Notes: generated by a model from the letters alone, not told the origin. A stretch of 64,000 nucleotides of DNA from Aquificaceae bacterium (GCA_037925075.1 JAXSNR010000002.1:384001-448000), one strand, 5' to 3'; counted from the first letter of the stretch, positions 31,054 to 41,837 are shown. Made by a program: numbers and translations.

Positions 31054-32715
31054 ATGCTTGCCTATTTTGTGATGGAGCTGGGATTAGAAGACAGTATGCC
31101 CTTGTACAGTGGAGGGTTGGGTACTCTTGCAGGCGATACGCTTTTTTCCTATGCGGACATGGATATTCCCGCGGTGTGTGTAACCTTGCTATACAAAAGG
31201 GGCTACAACCTTCAAAAGATAACTCCCCACGGCATGCAGTTGGATTTTGATGCTCTCTGGGATTACAAGAGGTATCTAAGAAAGCTTGATTTGGAAGTGG
31301 ATGTCTATTTTGGAGACAAAAGGCAAAAGGTTACGTGCTGGGAGTATTGGATAAGGTCAAAGGGCGATGTTAGGGTTCTCTTTTTGGATGCGGATATAGA
31401 GGGTAACGACCCGGAGATAAGAAAGTTAAACAGCAAGCTTTACTTTGATGATGGACTTTATAGGCTAAGGCAGGAGATACTCTTGGGGATTGGAGGCTAC
31501 AGAGTGCTCAAAGCCCTTGGCTACGCCATCCATGTCTACCATATGAACGAAAGCCACTCCGCCTTTCTTGTGTTGGAGCTTCTCAAGGAGTTGGGCAGTC
31601 TTGAAGAGGTAAGGAAAAGGTGCGTCTTTACGACCCATACACCGGTCCCGGCGGGGCATGACAGGTTTCCTTTGAGTATGGTAAAGGAAGAGCTAAAGGC
31701 ATATAACCATATGGCATGGGAGGAGGAGGCGGAGGATGGAAACATAAACCTGTCCCTTTTGGCTTCAAAGTATTCGGGAAAGGTGAATGCGGTATCGCAA
31801 AAGCATAAGTTTGTGACCGCAGGCATATTCCCAGAGCTTGCGGAAAGCCTTGAATACGTCACTAACGGCGTATACCACAAAAGATGGATACACGAGGAGA
31901 TGCAAGAGCTTTTCAACGAATACATGCCCGGATGGGATGAAAACCCCATTTTACTCCAAAGAGCCCATGAGATACCTTCTGAGCTTTTGCTCAAAAAACA
32001 CAACGGAATAAAGAGCGACCTTGTGAACCTTGTGAACAAGCAAACGGATGCAAGCTTTTCTGACGATGTGCTAACCATAGGTATAGCAAGAAGGGTAACA
32101 CCCTACAAAAGGAATGACCTTATACTCAGGGACATAGACAGGTTGATACACATAGGGGAGAGTGTGGGGGAAATTCAGATTGTCTTTGCGGGGAAAGCCC
32201 ATCCAAGGGACGGACTTGGTAAAGAGATGATAAAGAACATCTTTGAAAAGATGAAGCTTATAAGAGAAAGGACAAAGGCGGTTAAGGTAGCCTTTCTTGA
32301 AAACTACGGCATAGATATGGCAAGGCTTTTGATAGCGGGATGCGACCTATGGCTAAATAATCCCAAAAGGCCATACGAAGCTTGTGGCACAAGTGGTATG
32401 AAGGCTGGTATGAACGGAGTTCTCAACTTCTCCATATGGGACGGGTGGTGGCTTGAGGGTGGTATAGAGGGAGTAAACGGCTGGGGCATAGGTCCAAAAC
32501 CAAGCTGGCAGGATTTAAGTGAATCAAAAGACGAAGAAGACCTTGAAGACCTTTATGGAAAGTTGGCTTACATAATCATACCCACCTACTACAAACATAG
32601 GGATGAGTGGGTCCGTCTTATGAAAAACAGCATAGCGACCATAGGACCGTACTTTAACACCTACAGGATGGTAAGCGATTATATTAGTAAAGTGTACAAA
32701 ATAGGATTGAGGTAG
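31054..32715 (+). CDS. glgP: Alpha-glucan phosphorylase
   Basis: YSGGLG, FTTHTPVPAGHD, EACGTSGMKA (PLP lysine). Confidence 0.93.
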   Translation: MLAYFVMELGLEDSMPLYSGGLGTLAGDTLFSYADMDIPAVCVTLLYKRGYNLQKITPHGMQLDFDALWDYKRYLRKLDLEVDVYFGDKRQKVTCWEYWIRSKGDVRVLFLDADIEGNDPEIRKLNSKLYFDDGLYRLRQEILLGIGGYRVLKALGYAIHVYHMNESHSAFLVLELLKELGSLEEVRKRCVFTTHTPVPAGHDRFPLSMVKEELKAYNHMAWEEEAEDGNINLSLLASKYSGKVNAVSQKHKFVTAGIFPELAESLEYVTNGVYHKRWIHEEMQELFNEYMPGWDENPILLQRAHEIPSELLLKKHNGIKSDLVNLVNKQTDASFSDDVLTIGIARRVTPYKRNDLILRDIDRLIHIGESVGEIQIVFAGKAHPRDGLGKEMIKNIFEKMKLIRERTKAVKVAFLENYGIDMARLLIAGCDLWLNNPKRPYEACGTSGMKAGMNGVLNFSIWDGWWLEGGIEGVNGWGIGPKPSWQDLSESKDEEDLEDLYGKLAYIIIPTYYKHRDEWVRLMKNSIATIGPYFNTYRMVSDYISKVYKIGLR

Positions 32716-32719
32716 AAAT

Positions 32720-33610
32720 ATGGACAAAAGGGAAACCATAAACCTACTCCTTTACGATGTAGCCCTTGAGCATTCAGCCATAGTGCAGTATCTGTATCAC
32801 ATATTTCTCATAAGCGACGGTAATATAACCTCTGAGATAGAAGAGATTGCCCGTCAGGAGATGAGGCACCTCAAGTGGTTTGCTCAGAAGGTGGTACAGC
32901 TTGGTGGTCAGGTGGTCTTGGACAGGCTTGAGGATATGATCGTTATAGGGGGTCCAGATTGGGCGGATATGCTCTCAAGGGATGTGTGGGCGGAAGAAGA
33001 AGCCATAAGGGTATACAGCCAGCAACTGGAGTTGGTAAAGGATGATTCGGTTAAAAAACTCCTTGAGAGGGTCATAAAGGATGAACAAGATCACAAGGTG
33101 GAGTTTTCAGAGCTTATGCAAAGGGTCAAAGAGGGGCTCGTATGCTTGCCCTTGGAGGAGCAAAGACCAGACCCCAAAACCATTGAAGTTTTAAACAAGT
33201 TTCTCAAAGAGGAGTATCAAACCATAATCAACTACCTTTATCAGTTTTTCCACTCCAAAAATTGTGATTACAAGGACATAATGCTTGACCTTGCTATAGA
33301 AAGTATGGTGCATATGGGAAAGTTGGGTGAGAAGATTGGTGAGTTGGGCGGTATGCCAGACCTTCAACGCATGGACTTTTCACCAAAGCCTTTAAAAAGC
33401 CTTCAAGAGCAGGTAAAGGCGGAGATACTTTACGAGCAAGAAACGGGCGGTGAGTATGGCAAGGAGGTTGAGGAAGTCAAAGACCCGGAAATAAAGAGAC
33501 TCCTTAGCTTTATAGAGCATCAGGAAGAGTATCACAAGCAAAAGCTCATGGAGTTTTTCAAGCTCATGAACAGGCTTACGGTGGGAGATCTCAGAAAAAA
33601 GGATGCTTGA
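32720..33610 (+). CDS. Tandem ferritin-like (diiron) domain protein
   Basis: Two four-helix repeats, each with two ExxH motifs (EMRH, EQDH; SMVH region, EEYH). Confidence 0.8.
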   Translation: MDKRETINLLLYDVALEHSAIVQYLYHIFLISDGNITSEIEEIARQEMRHLKWFAQKVVQLGGQVVLDRLEDMIVIGGPDWADMLSRDVWAEEEAIRVYSQQLELVKDDSVKKLLERVIKDEQDHKVEFSELMQRVKEGLVCLPLEEQRPDPKTIEVLNKFLKEEYQTIINYLYQFFHSKNCDYKDIMLDLAIESMVHMGKLGEKIGELGGMPDLQRMDFSPKPLKSLQEQVKAEILYEQETGGEYGKEVEEVKDPEIKRLLSFIEHQEEYHKQKLMEFFKLMNRLTVGDLRKKDA

Positions 33611-34166
33611 CCTTGTGATAAACTCCTTTAGAGAAAGTGCGGATGTAAAGTTGGCTTTTGTGGAGCTTTACGCTAACAGAATTTTGGAGGTGGGAGAGAT
33701 AATAGCTAGTGCTTTGAAGGAGGGCAACAAACTCCTACTTTTTGGCAACGGGGGAAGTGCTGCAGACGCTCAGCATATGGCAGGTGAGATAGTGGGTAGG
33801 TTTAAAAGGGAAAGGAGGGCTTTGCCCGCCATAGCCCTAACCACGGATACCTCTATACTTACCGCGGTAGGAAACGACTATGGCTTTGAAAGCGTATTTG
33901 AAAGACAGATAGAAGCCCTATGCATGCCCGGAGACATTGCCATCGGCATAAGCACTTCGGGAAACTCACCCAACGTGATAAGGGGTCTAATGAAGGCTCA
34001 CGACCTTGGAGCAACCACCATAGCTTTTACAGGTAGAGATGGTGGAAAGTTGGTAGATATAGCCCACTACAGCTTTGTGGTCCCTTCCTACGATACCGCA
34101 CGCATCCAAGAGTGCCATATAACCCTTGCTCATGTGATCTGCGATATAGTTGATAGGCTTTTATGA
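33603..34166 (+). CDS. gmhA: D-sedoheptulose 7-phosphate isomerase
   Basis: [23 protein letters not shown]. Confidence 0.96.
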   Translation: MLDLVINSFRESADVKLAFVELYANRILEVGEIIASALKEGNKLLLFGNGGSAADAQHMAGEIVGRFKRERRALPAIALTTDTSILTAVGNDYGFESVFERQIEALCMPGDIAIGISTSGNSPNVIRGLMKAHDLGATTIAFTGRDGGKLVDIAHYSFVVPSYDTARIQECHITLAHVICDIVDRLL

Positions 34167-34981
34167 AAGCTCTTCTTTTTGTAAAGGACAGTCAAAGAGC
34201 AAGGGAGGTCTCTCAAAGGGTTGCCGAAATTGTAAAGACTGGTGCAAAGCTGGAGGTTTTTATAAACGAGAGAACAAGGAGAGAAAAACCGAGCCTTAAG
34301 GGTATTGACCTGCTTGTGGTGGTGGGTGGAGATGGCACCTTTTTGGCTGGTGCAAGGCTTGCTTCAAAGGAGGGTGTGCCACTTTTGGGTATAAACGTGG
34401 GAAGGTTTGGCTTTCTCACAGAGGTGGAGCTGGAGGAGTTAGAGGAGGTGTTTGGGCTTATCTTGGAGGGCAAAATAGAGCCTCAGAAAAGGATGATGCT
34501 CTCCGCCTTTTTGGTAAGAGATTCTCAAGAGCTTTACCTTGGGGACTACCTTAACGATGTGGTGGTTTCAAAGGAAAGCCTTGCCCGTATGGTGGAGGTG
34601 GAGATAGAGCTTCAGAGGGAAAAGGTGCTAAAGGTTTATGGTGATGGTGTTATAGTTTCCACTCCTACGGGTTCTACCGCCTATGCTTTGTCCGCGGGAG
34701 GACCCATACTCTACCCTCTTATGGAAGCCCTCCTTTTTGTTCCCATATGCCCGCATACCCTCTCCAACAGACCCCTTGTTTTTCCGGCGGACTTTGAGAT
34801 AAGGCTTATAAACCTCTCAGAGGACCATATGGCATACCTCACCCTTGACGGACAAGAGGGCATGAGCCTTAAAAAGGATGACTTGGTTCTTGTAAAAAAG
34901 TCTCAAAACTACTGCCTCATGTATCCAAACCCAAAAAGAAGCTTTTTTGGGATTCTTAAAGAAAAGCTAAGGTGGGGCTAA
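34163..34981 (+). CDS. nadK: NAD(+) kinase
   Basis: [25 protein letters not shown]. Confidence 0.95.
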   Translation: MKALLFVKDSQRAREVSQRVAEIVKTGAKLEVFINERTRREKPSLKGIDLLVVVGGDGTFLAGARLASKEGVPLLGINVGRFGFLTEVELEELEEVFGLILEGKIEPQKRMMLSAFLVRDSQELYLGDYLNDVVVSKESLARMVEVEIELQREKVLKVYGDGVIVSTPTGSTAYALSAGGPILYPLMEALLFVPICPHTLSNRPLVFPADFEIRLINLSEDHMAYLTLDGQEGMSLKKDDLVLVKKSQNYCLMYPNPKRSFFGILKEKLRWG

Positions 34982-35012
34982 AAAAATACTTGTATTGTAA
35001 AAAAATACTTGC

Positions 35013-35029
35013 ATGATAATTATTCTCAT
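35013..35029. promoter_or_regulatory. Fur/PerR-type box upstream of hemerythrin
   Basis: ATGATAAT-T-ATTCTCAT, one mismatch from the 7-1-7 TGATAATnATTATCA consensus. Confidence 0.6.
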
Positions 35030-35060
35030 ATTATATTTATTATATAAAGGAGGTGATAAC

Positions 35061-35453
35061 ATGAGACTTATACAAATAAATCCGGATCTACTTACTGGTG
35101 TTGAAGAGATGGACAGGCAACACATGCGCATAGCGGACTACATAAACCATGTAGCAGACCTAATTTCTGAAGATAAACTGGAGGAAGCCATTGAGTTTTT
35201 CAAGGAAACACTCCTGCCCTTTGTGAAGCATCACTTAGCAAGCGAAGAAAACTTTATGTTGTCCATTGAATACCCAGACTATGAAACACATAGAAAGCAT
35301 CATGATTGGGTTCTAAACCTGTTTATAGATGTAGCCAACAAGCTTTCAGACAAAAAAAGCGTAAGACAGGCTATTTCTTTACTAACAGGCTGGCTTTATG
35401 GTCATGTGGGTAGTGTGGATAAGAAATACGGAGTTTTTATAACAGCAAAGTGA
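35061..35453 (+). CDS. Bacteriohemerythrin
   Basis: TGVEEMDRQH, HLASEE, HRKHH, WL..H....DKKY; AAGGAGGTG SD before ATG 35061. Confidence 0.92.
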   Translation: MRLIQINPDLLTGVEEMDRQHMRIADYINHVADLISEDKLEEAIEFFKETLLPFVKHHLASEENFMLSIEYPDYETHRKHHDWVLNLFIDVANKLSDKKSVRQAISLLTGWLYGHVGSVDKKYGVFITAK

Positions 35454-35467
35454 AGGTATAATTAGAA

Positions 35468-36211
35468 TTGCTGATGTTTAAGGAGTATGTCGCCTTTCGC
35501 TTTAAAGAAGGAAGTTTACAACCTGTAAAACACCCCCATATTCCAAGCTTTGATACTCTTTTCTGTATAGAGGAACAAAAGCGGGTACTAAGGAGTAATA
35601 CGGAAAGGCTTGTGAAGGGCATACCGGCTCACGACGCCTTGCTTTGGGGAGACAGAGGCACAGGAAAGTCCTCTTTAGTAAAGTCCATGCTGGGACTTTT
35701 TGCCCAAGAGGGTCTAAGGCTTGTCCAAGTCTATAAAATGGACATAAGCCACCTCTCTGACCTTTATGAACTTCTCAGAAACCAAGAAGAGAAGTTTATC
35801 CTCTTTTTTGACGACCTTTCCTTTGAGCCCGGAGATGAAAACATCAGGGTTTTAAAGTCTCTCATGGAGGGAGATGTGGAGGAAAGGCCTTCAAACGTGC
35901 TTGTGTATGCGACCTCCAACAGAAGATATCTCATGCCCGAAAGGGAAGAGGAAGGGAAGTTTCCCGAAGAGGGCTACTGGGAAAGGGCATCCCTCGTAGA
36001 AAGGTTTGGCATAAGGTTGGGCTTTTTCAGTTTTGGGAAGGTGCAGTACCTTGATATAGTAAAAAAACTGGCACTTCAGAAGGGTATAAACCTTGAGGAA
36101 AAAGAGCTTGAAGGGCTTGCCCTTGAATGGGCTTTGCATAGGGGCTTTTCTGGCAGGAGTGCAAGCCAGTTTATAAAGGACCTTGAAGGGAGGTTGAAGT
36201 TAAAATTTTAA
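35468..36211 (+). CDS. DUF815-family AAA+ ATP-binding protein
   Basis: GDRGTGKSS Walker A, FFDDLSF, YATSNRR, SGRSA. Confidence 0.88.
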   Translation: MLMFKEYVAFRFKEGSLQPVKHPHIPSFDTLFCIEEQKRVLRSNTERLVKGIPAHDALLWGDRGTGKSSLVKSMLGLFAQEGLRLVQVYKMDISHLSDLYELLRNQEEKFILFFDDLSFEPGDENIRVLKSLMEGDVEERPSNVLVYATSNRRYLMPEREEEGKFPEEGYWERASLVERFGIRLGFFSFGKVQYLDIVKKLALQKGINLEEKELEGLALEWALHRGFSGRSASQFIKDLEGRLKLKF

Positions 36212-36212
36212 C

Positions 36213-37925
36213 ATGACCTTTTGGGAGCTTTCCCAGTACTTTTATCGCCTTGAGCAAACCACAAGCAGGCTAGAGATGGCACAGATACTGGGAGAGCTTT
36301 TAGAAAAGGCAAGCGTGGAAGAGGTGGACAAGGTGGTCTATCTTACCTTAGGTGAACTTGTGCCAGCCTTTAGGGGATTGGAGTTTGGGATTTCGGAAAA
36401 GCTTATGATGGAAGCCCTTTCCAAAGCGTGCGGTGTAAGGCTAAGTCAGTTGCAAGCCCTATACAAACAGAAGGGAGACCTTGGAGACACCGCCCAAGAG
36501 CTTATAAAATGGCAAGGAAGAAACCTAAGCCTTGTAAAGGTATATGGAGAACTCTTTGATATAGCACGCACAAGGGGGACTTTGGATAAGCTTATGAAGC
36601 TTATAAGCCTTCTAAAGGGGCTTTCTGGCTTTGAAGCCAAGTATGCGGTAAGGGTTGTTATAGGAAGGCTAAGGCTTGGGGTGGGTGATGCCACCATAAT
36701 TGACGCCATGGCTAAGGGAAGAAGGGAGCTAAAGACTCTCATAGAAAGGGCTTACAACCTTTGCTCTGATTTGGGATTTGTAGCAAAAAGGTTCAAAGAG
36801 GGTGGACCTTCCGCTTTGAAGGAGTTTAAGGTTCAGGTGGGCTTTCCCATAAGGATGGCTCTGGCGGAGAGGGTGGCAAGTGCTGAGGAAATTGTTCAAA
36901 GGTTGGGAAGATGCGCGGTAGAAGCCAAGTACGATGGCTTTAGGCTTCAAGTCCATAAGGATGGGGAAAAGGTGGAAATATACTCAAGAAACCTTGAGCG
37001 TATGACGGAGATGTTCCCAGAGGTGGTAAAGGCTGTTCTTGAGGATATAAAGGTTCAGAGGGTTATACTTGAGGGGGAAGCTCTGGCTATAAATGAAGAA
37101 ACGGGAGAGTTCTATCCCTTTCAGATAACCATACAGAGAAAGAGAAAATACAGTGTAGAAGAATACTCAAGGGAATATCCCCTTAAGCTCTTTGCCTTTG
37201 ACCTTCTTTACCTTGAGGGAGAGGACTACACAGTAAAGCCCTACACGGAAAGAAGAAAAGCCCTTGAAGAGCTTCTTACTCAAACAAACACCCTTCGCAC
37301 TTCGGAGATGTTTATAACCGACAGTGCAAAGGAAATAGAAGCCTTCTTTGAGGATGTTATAACGAGGGGGCTTGAGGGTATAATGGCAAAAAGGCTTGAC
37401 GCACCGTACACCGCAGGTTCAAGAAACTTCAACTGGATAAAGCTAAAAAGGAGCTACAGGGGAAGCCTTGCGGATACCATAGACGTGGTCATAGTGGGTT
37501 ATTACTACGGAAGGGGTGCAAGGGCAAAATTGGGCATAGGTGGGCTTCTTGTGGCGGTCTATGAACCATCCACAGATACCTTTAAGACTGTAAGCAAGGT
37601 GGGTTCAGGCTTTACAGAGGAGGAATGGATAAGGCTAAAGGGCATGTTAGATAGGATAAGGCTAGACCATAAGCATCCGAGGGTGGACAGTCTCATAGAT
37701 GTGGATGCTTGGGTGGAGCCAAGGTATGTGATAACCGTGAACGCGGATGAGATCACTAGGTCTCCCCTTCACACTGCAGGAAGAACCATAGAAGAACCCG
37801 GCTATGCCCTTCGTTTTCCAAGGGCTGTAAGCTTTGTAAGGGAAGACAAAAATCCAGAGGATGCCAACACGGTGGAGGAGATAATAAGACTTTACCAACT
37901 TCAAAAGAGGGTTTCCATAGAGTAG
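36213..37925 (+). CDS. lig: ATP-dependent DNA ligase (archaeal/eukaryal type)
   Basis: EAKYDGFR, EGIMAK, WIKLK, ALRFPR. Confidence 0.95.
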   Translation: MTFWELSQYFYRLEQTTSRLEMAQILGELLEKASVEEVDKVVYLTLGELVPAFRGLEFGISEKLMMEALSKACGVRLSQLQALYKQKGDLGDTAQELIKWQGRNLSLVKVYGELFDIARTRGTLDKLMKLISLLKGLSGFEAKYAVRVVIGRLRLGVGDATIIDAMAKGRRELKTLIERAYNLCSDLGFVAKRFKEGGPSALKEFKVQVGFPIRMALAERVASAEEIVQRLGRCAVEAKYDGFRLQVHKDGEKVEIYSRNLERMTEMFPEVVKAVLEDIKVQRVILEGEALAINEETGEFYPFQITIQRKRKYSVEEYSREYPLKLFAFDLLYLEGEDYTVKPYTERRKALEELLTQTNTLRTSEMFITDSAKEIEAFFEDVITRGLEGIMAKRLDAPYTAGSRNFNWIKLKRSYRGSLADTIDVVIVGYYYGRGARAKLGIGGLLVAVYEPSTDTFKTVSKVGSGFTEEEWIRLKGMLDRIRLDHKHPRVDSLIDVDAWVEPRYVITVNADEITRSPLHTAGRTIEEPGYALRFPRAVSFVREDKNPEDANTVEEIIRLYQLQKRVSIE

Positions 37926-37999
37926 TGGCGGCGGGAGGACTCGAACCTCCGACCTGAGACTTATGAGATCTCCGCTCTAACCAGCTGAGCTACGCCGCC
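37926..37999 (-). tRNA. tRNA-Met(CAT), elongator type; CCA not encoded
   Basis: GGCGGCGTAGCTCAGCTGGTTAGAGCGGAGATCT-CAT-AAGTCTCAGGTCGGAGGTTCGAGTCCTCCCGCCGCCA; paired G1-C72. Ile2 not fully excluded. Confidence 0.9.
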
Positions 38000-38004
38000 T
38001 ATGT

Positions 38005-39345
38005 TTATATTATATTATACTCCCTTAGCTTTGAAATTAGTGTGTTCCTAGACATTCCCAACACTTGAGCCACCTTACTCTTATTCCCACCAAACCTTTC
38101 AAGAAGTTTCTTTATTACCATAAGCTCAAGCTTCTCAAGGATATTAGGAAGCTCTTCTTCGGGAATTGTTTGTAGGCATTTTTCTACAATAGGTTCAAGA
38201 TTTTCTCTTTTTTCTGGCTCTTTAAGTTCAAAGTCCGCTTCTGTGAGCACACCGTATCTTTTCTTCATACACATCCTAAAAACCGCATTCTTTAACTCCC
38301 TTACGTTTCCATACCACGGGTAATTAAGTGCTTTGTCAATAAAGGATTTATCCGCACCACTTACATTTGTGTCAAGCTCCTTGTTGGCAAGATTGATGAA
38401 GTATTCAATAAGCGGTGGTATATCTTGTTTTCTTTCCCTAAGAGGGGGTATATGTATGTGTATCTGGGATACTCTATAAAACAGGTCTTCTCTAAACTCT
38501 TGCTTTTCAACCATTTCCTTTATGTTCCTATTGGTGGCACATATGATCCTAACGTCCGCATGCAATTCTTTGTTTGAACCCAATGGATAAAAACTCTTTT
38601 CTTCTATGAACCTTAAAAGTTTTGATTGCTTGCCGTAGGGTAGCTCACCGATCTCATCAAGAAAGAGAGTTCCTCCCTGTGCCTGTTCCACCTTACCCTT
38701 TCTGTCTGAAGCCGCACCAGTAAAGGCTCCCTTTGTGTATCCAAAGAGCTCCGCTTCAAACAGATCTTTTGGAATGGCACTACAGTTTAGGGCGACAAAG
38801 GGCTTTCCACTTCTCGCGGAGTTTGCATGTATCAGCCTTGCAACCACTTCCTTGCCAACCCCCGTTTCACCCGTTATAAGTACGTTAAGGTCGCACCCGC
38901 TTGCAATACCAGCCTGTTTTAGGACTTCAAACATTTCCTTTGACGCAAACACTAAACCCTTTGGCTCCATAAGTACGGTCCGTATTGGGGGTTTTTGCTC
39001 CATAGCACCTTTTACAACCCTTAGAAGTTCATCCACGCCAAAGGGTTTTTTTAGAACATCCACAGCTCCAAGCCTTGAAGCTCTAACTATCATATCAGGG
39101 TCGGTGTAAGCAGTTATAAAAACTACTGGTACGTTGTAGCCTTTAGACCTTAATTCCTCCATAACCTCCACACCATTTTTATCTAAAAGCCGTATGTCCA
39201 TTATAAGGAGGTCCGCTTCGCCGATATGCTCTTCCAAGCCTTCGGGGCTCAAAAGGGTTAGCACCTCAAAGCCTTGATTGGAAAGTGCCTTTTTTATTGC
39301 GTACAGGATAAACCTTTCATCATCCACCACAACAACCTTAGCCAT
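38005..39345 (-). CDS. Sigma54-dependent response regulator (NtrC family; AioR-like)
   Basis: Receiver domain, GETGVGKE, GAFTGA, FREDLFYR, Fis-type HTH. Confidence 0.93.
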   Translation of the reverse strand: MAKVVVVDDERFILYAIKKALSNQGFEVLTLLSPEGLEEHIGEADLLIMDIRLLDKNGVEVMEELRSKGYNVPVVFITAYTDPDMIVRASRLGAVDVLKKPFGVDELLRVVKGAMEQKPPIRTVLMEPKGLVFASKEMFEVLKQAGIASGCDLNVLITGETGVGKEVVARLIHANSARSGKPFVALNCSAIPKDLFEAELFGYTKGAFTGAASDRKGKVEQAQGGTLFLDEIGELPYGKQSKLLRFIEEKSFYPLGSNKELHADVRIICATNRNIKEMVEKQEFREDLFYRVSQIHIHIPPLRERKQDIPPLIEYFINLANKELDTNVSGADKSFIDKALNYPWYGNVRELKNAVFRMCMKKRYGVLTEADFELKEPEKRENLEPIVEKCLQTIPEEELPNILEKLELMVIKKLLERFGGNKSKVAQVLGMSRNTLISKLREYNII

Positions 39346-41011
39346 TAAAGGGCACCTCTAAATAAAATTTTGTTCCCAAACCCTTTTGGGATTCGTAGGT
39401 AAGATGACCACCTAACAGATAAGTGTACTTCATGGCTATGGAAAGCCCAAGCCCAGTACCTTCCCTTTTGGTTGTAAAAAAAGGCTCAAACACTCTATCC
39501 TTCATATCCTCCTCTATCCCCGGTCCATCATCAAAAACGGTAAAAACCAGCTTATCATCTTTGATTTTTACCTCTATCCCCACTGTACCACCCCGTTCAA
39601 CAGCATCTATGGCGTTCTTAATCAGATTTGCAAGTATAAGCTCAAGATATCCCCTTTCCATAAACAAGTTTGCATCTTGGATATCTGCTGAAAAGTTTAT
39701 GTTCTTTTCTTTTAACAAAGGCTCAAAAAGGTTTTGAATACCTCTAATAAGGTCGCTAACATAAAAGTGGGATTTTACCTCCTTTTTTTGCCTTGCAAAG
39801 TTAAGCATGTTTATTAGAACCCTATCCACCCTTGCAAGAGACTGCTTTACTACCTTTATATCTTCTCTATCCCACTCTTCCACATCCGCCAAAAGTCTTA
39901 TAGGTAGTAGGGCATTTTTCAACTCATGGGCAAGACCCACACTCATCTCCCCAAGAAGACTAAGCGTCTCCATAAGTTTTATCCTTTTTTCCATCTCCTT
40001 TAGCTCCCTTATATCCCTTATGGTAACTAAATAAAACTCCTCCTTGAACATAAAGTTTATAAGAACATCAATCTTCATCTCTCTTGTCCTGAATTGCCCT
40101 TCAAGAATAGCATCCTCTTTTAAAGACATTGCCTTTCTTAACCTTGAACGCACCCTTGCATCGCAGATAAGAATAAAAAACCGCCTACCTATAAGGTCTT
40201 GATATCTGTAATGAAACTGTTCTACCATGGCGTTTGTAAAGATTATCCTACCCTCCACATCCAGAACAAAAATCATTTCACCAAGAGAGTTTACAAGATT
40301 GAAAAAGAACTCCCCTTCAAATCTTGCATTTTCCAAAAGTCTTTTTATATTTTTTAAGCTTTGATATAGATAGTTAGCCAATTCCTGAAGTTCATCCTTC
40401 TCAATAAAATAAACAGGATATACACTACCTTTTTCTGCATCCTCCGCCATCTTGATTATTTTTTTAAGTCTTCCGTATATTCTAAGGGATATTAAAAGAC
40501 CTAATACAAGACCTAAAGCCGAAAAAATAAGTGTAAAGCCTATAGCAAACATCTTTACAGGCATAAGGGAGCTCTCTATGTACTTGTTATCAACCCTAAA
40601 AACCGCGTACCCTATGGTTCCGTTATAACTCCTTATATCAATTTTCCTCTCTTCTTGGTTTGAAAGGTAAAAGGTGTATATGGGGAATTGTTGCGGTCTT
40701 GAATGTGCTAGTATAAACCCATCGGTGTTAAGTATGGCGACATATTCTATGCCTTTAAACCTCGCCCATGCGTCCACTCGCTTAAAAATCTGCCAGTAGT
40801 CCCCACTGATAATGGCGGTTCTGATGTTTCCTTCTTCCGCTTCAAAACTCTTAATAATGCTTTCTTCTACTTGTTTTCTCAAAAGGTTTCCCGAATAGTT
40901 TATTATCAAATAAGATAGGGATGCAGATACACATATAATAACAATAAGAAAAGTTATGGCTAATTTAAAACCTATGCTCAGCCTTAAAATTCTATCTTTT
41001 AGAGAATACAT
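39338..41011 (-). CDS. Membrane sensor histidine kinase (PAS; AioS-like)
   Basis: Two TM segments; LAHELKN, NLIKNA, DDGPGI, GTGLGL. Confidence 0.93.
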   Translation of the reverse strand: MYSLKDRILRLSIGFKLAITFLIVIICVSASLSYLIINYSGNLLRKQVEESIIKSFEAEEGNIRTAIISGDYWQIFKRVDAWARFKGIEYVAILNTDGFILAHSRPQQFPIYTFYLSNQEERKIDIRSYNGTIGYAVFRVDNKYIESSLMPVKMFAIGFTLIFSALGLVLGLLISLRIYGRLKKIIKMAEDAEKGSVYPVYFIEKDELQELANYLYQSLKNIKRLLENARFEGEFFFNLVNSLGEMIFVLDVEGRIIFTNAMVEQFHYRYQDLIGRRFFILICDARVRSRLRKAMSLKEDAILEGQFRTREMKIDVLINFMFKEEFYLVTIRDIRELKEMEKRIKLMETLSLLGEMSVGLAHELKNALLPIRLLADVEEWDREDIKVVKQSLARVDRVLINMLNFARQKKEVKSHFYVSDLIRGIQNLFEPLLKEKNINFSADIQDANLFMERGYLELILANLIKNAIDAVERGGTVGIEVKIKDDKLVFTVFDDGPGIEEDMKDRVFEPFFTTKREGTGLGLSIAMKYTYLLGGHLTYESQKGLGTKFYLEVPFNG

Positions 41012-41837
41012 CTTTATTCACATATTTCAGCATATGCTTTATTGGCATGTAAAAATTATCTTCTACTACTGTAAACCCAGATATACCCAGCAAACTTAGT
41101 ACTTTTTTGCCTTCTTTTTCCTTATTCATCTCAAGCAAAGCATCTCTCATTTTTTTTACTATTGTGGTGTCTAAGCCTCTTCGGTATACAAAGGGAGTTA
41201 TTGGAAAGGGGCCATACTTTTCTACCACCTTAATTTCCTTTCCAATGCTTTTGTCAAGTTTTAAAACCTGCTCATAAACAATGCTATCCACACTTGCTCC
41301 CTCCACAAAACCCTTATAAACCGCCAATATAGATTCGTAGTGGGAGTAGGTATAGATTACTGGCTTGAAAAACTCATCAGGTTTCAGCCCTCTTTTAAGG
41401 AGGTTGTACGTGGGGACAAGGGAGCCTGAGTTGGATTTTGGGTCTGAAAAGGCGTAGGTCTTTCCTTTGAAGTCTAAAAGGCTTTTGTAGTGTTTTTCCT
41501 TTCTCGTTATAACCAGAGAGTAATAATAGGGCTTTCCCTCAGAGTTAAGAGGAACAGCTACTATCTTATAACCATATCTATCCTTACCCTCCACGTATGG
41601 GGCTCCGCATATGTATGCTATATCAACTCTACCTATTGCCAAAAAGTGGTCCATTTCGTCGTAGGACTTAGCGAATACAGGTTTGAGTAAAAATCCAGTC
41701 TTTTTTGAAAGGTAGTCCAAAAAGGAGTGTATGCTTCCTGCATCTTCCCTTGTTATAACTGCGGTAAAGCCAACTTTTATCTCCTGCGAATAGGCAAAAG
41801 TAAAAGTAAGAAGGGTTATAAGAAGAAATAGCACCAT
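40992..41837 (-). CDS. PhnD-family periplasmic oxyanion-binding protein (AioX/ArxX-like)
   Basis: AYICGAPY with conserved Cys, AFSDPKSNSG, SVD; signal peptide starting at ATG 41837. Confidence 0.8.
   Translation of the reverse strand: MVLFLLITLLTFTFAYSQEIKVGFTAVITREDAGSIHSFLDYLSKKTGFLLKPVFAKSYDEMDHFLAIGRVDIAYICGAPYVEGKDRYGYKIVAVPLNSEGKPYYYSLVITRKEKHYKSLLDFKGKTYAFSDPKSNSGSLVPTYNLLKRGLKPDEFFKPVIYTYSHYESILAVYKGFVEGASVDSIVYEQVLKLDKSIGKEIKVVEKYGPFPITPFVYRRGLDTTIVKKMRDALLEMNKEKEGKKVLSLLGISGFTVVEDNFYMPIKHMLKYVNKDVFSKR

Noticed and set aside
36213..37925. Archaeal-type ATP-dependent ligase as a novelty or NHEJ system with polX
   Set aside because: Such ligases are already known in Aquificae; there is no Ku gene in the window, and polX is over 30 kb away
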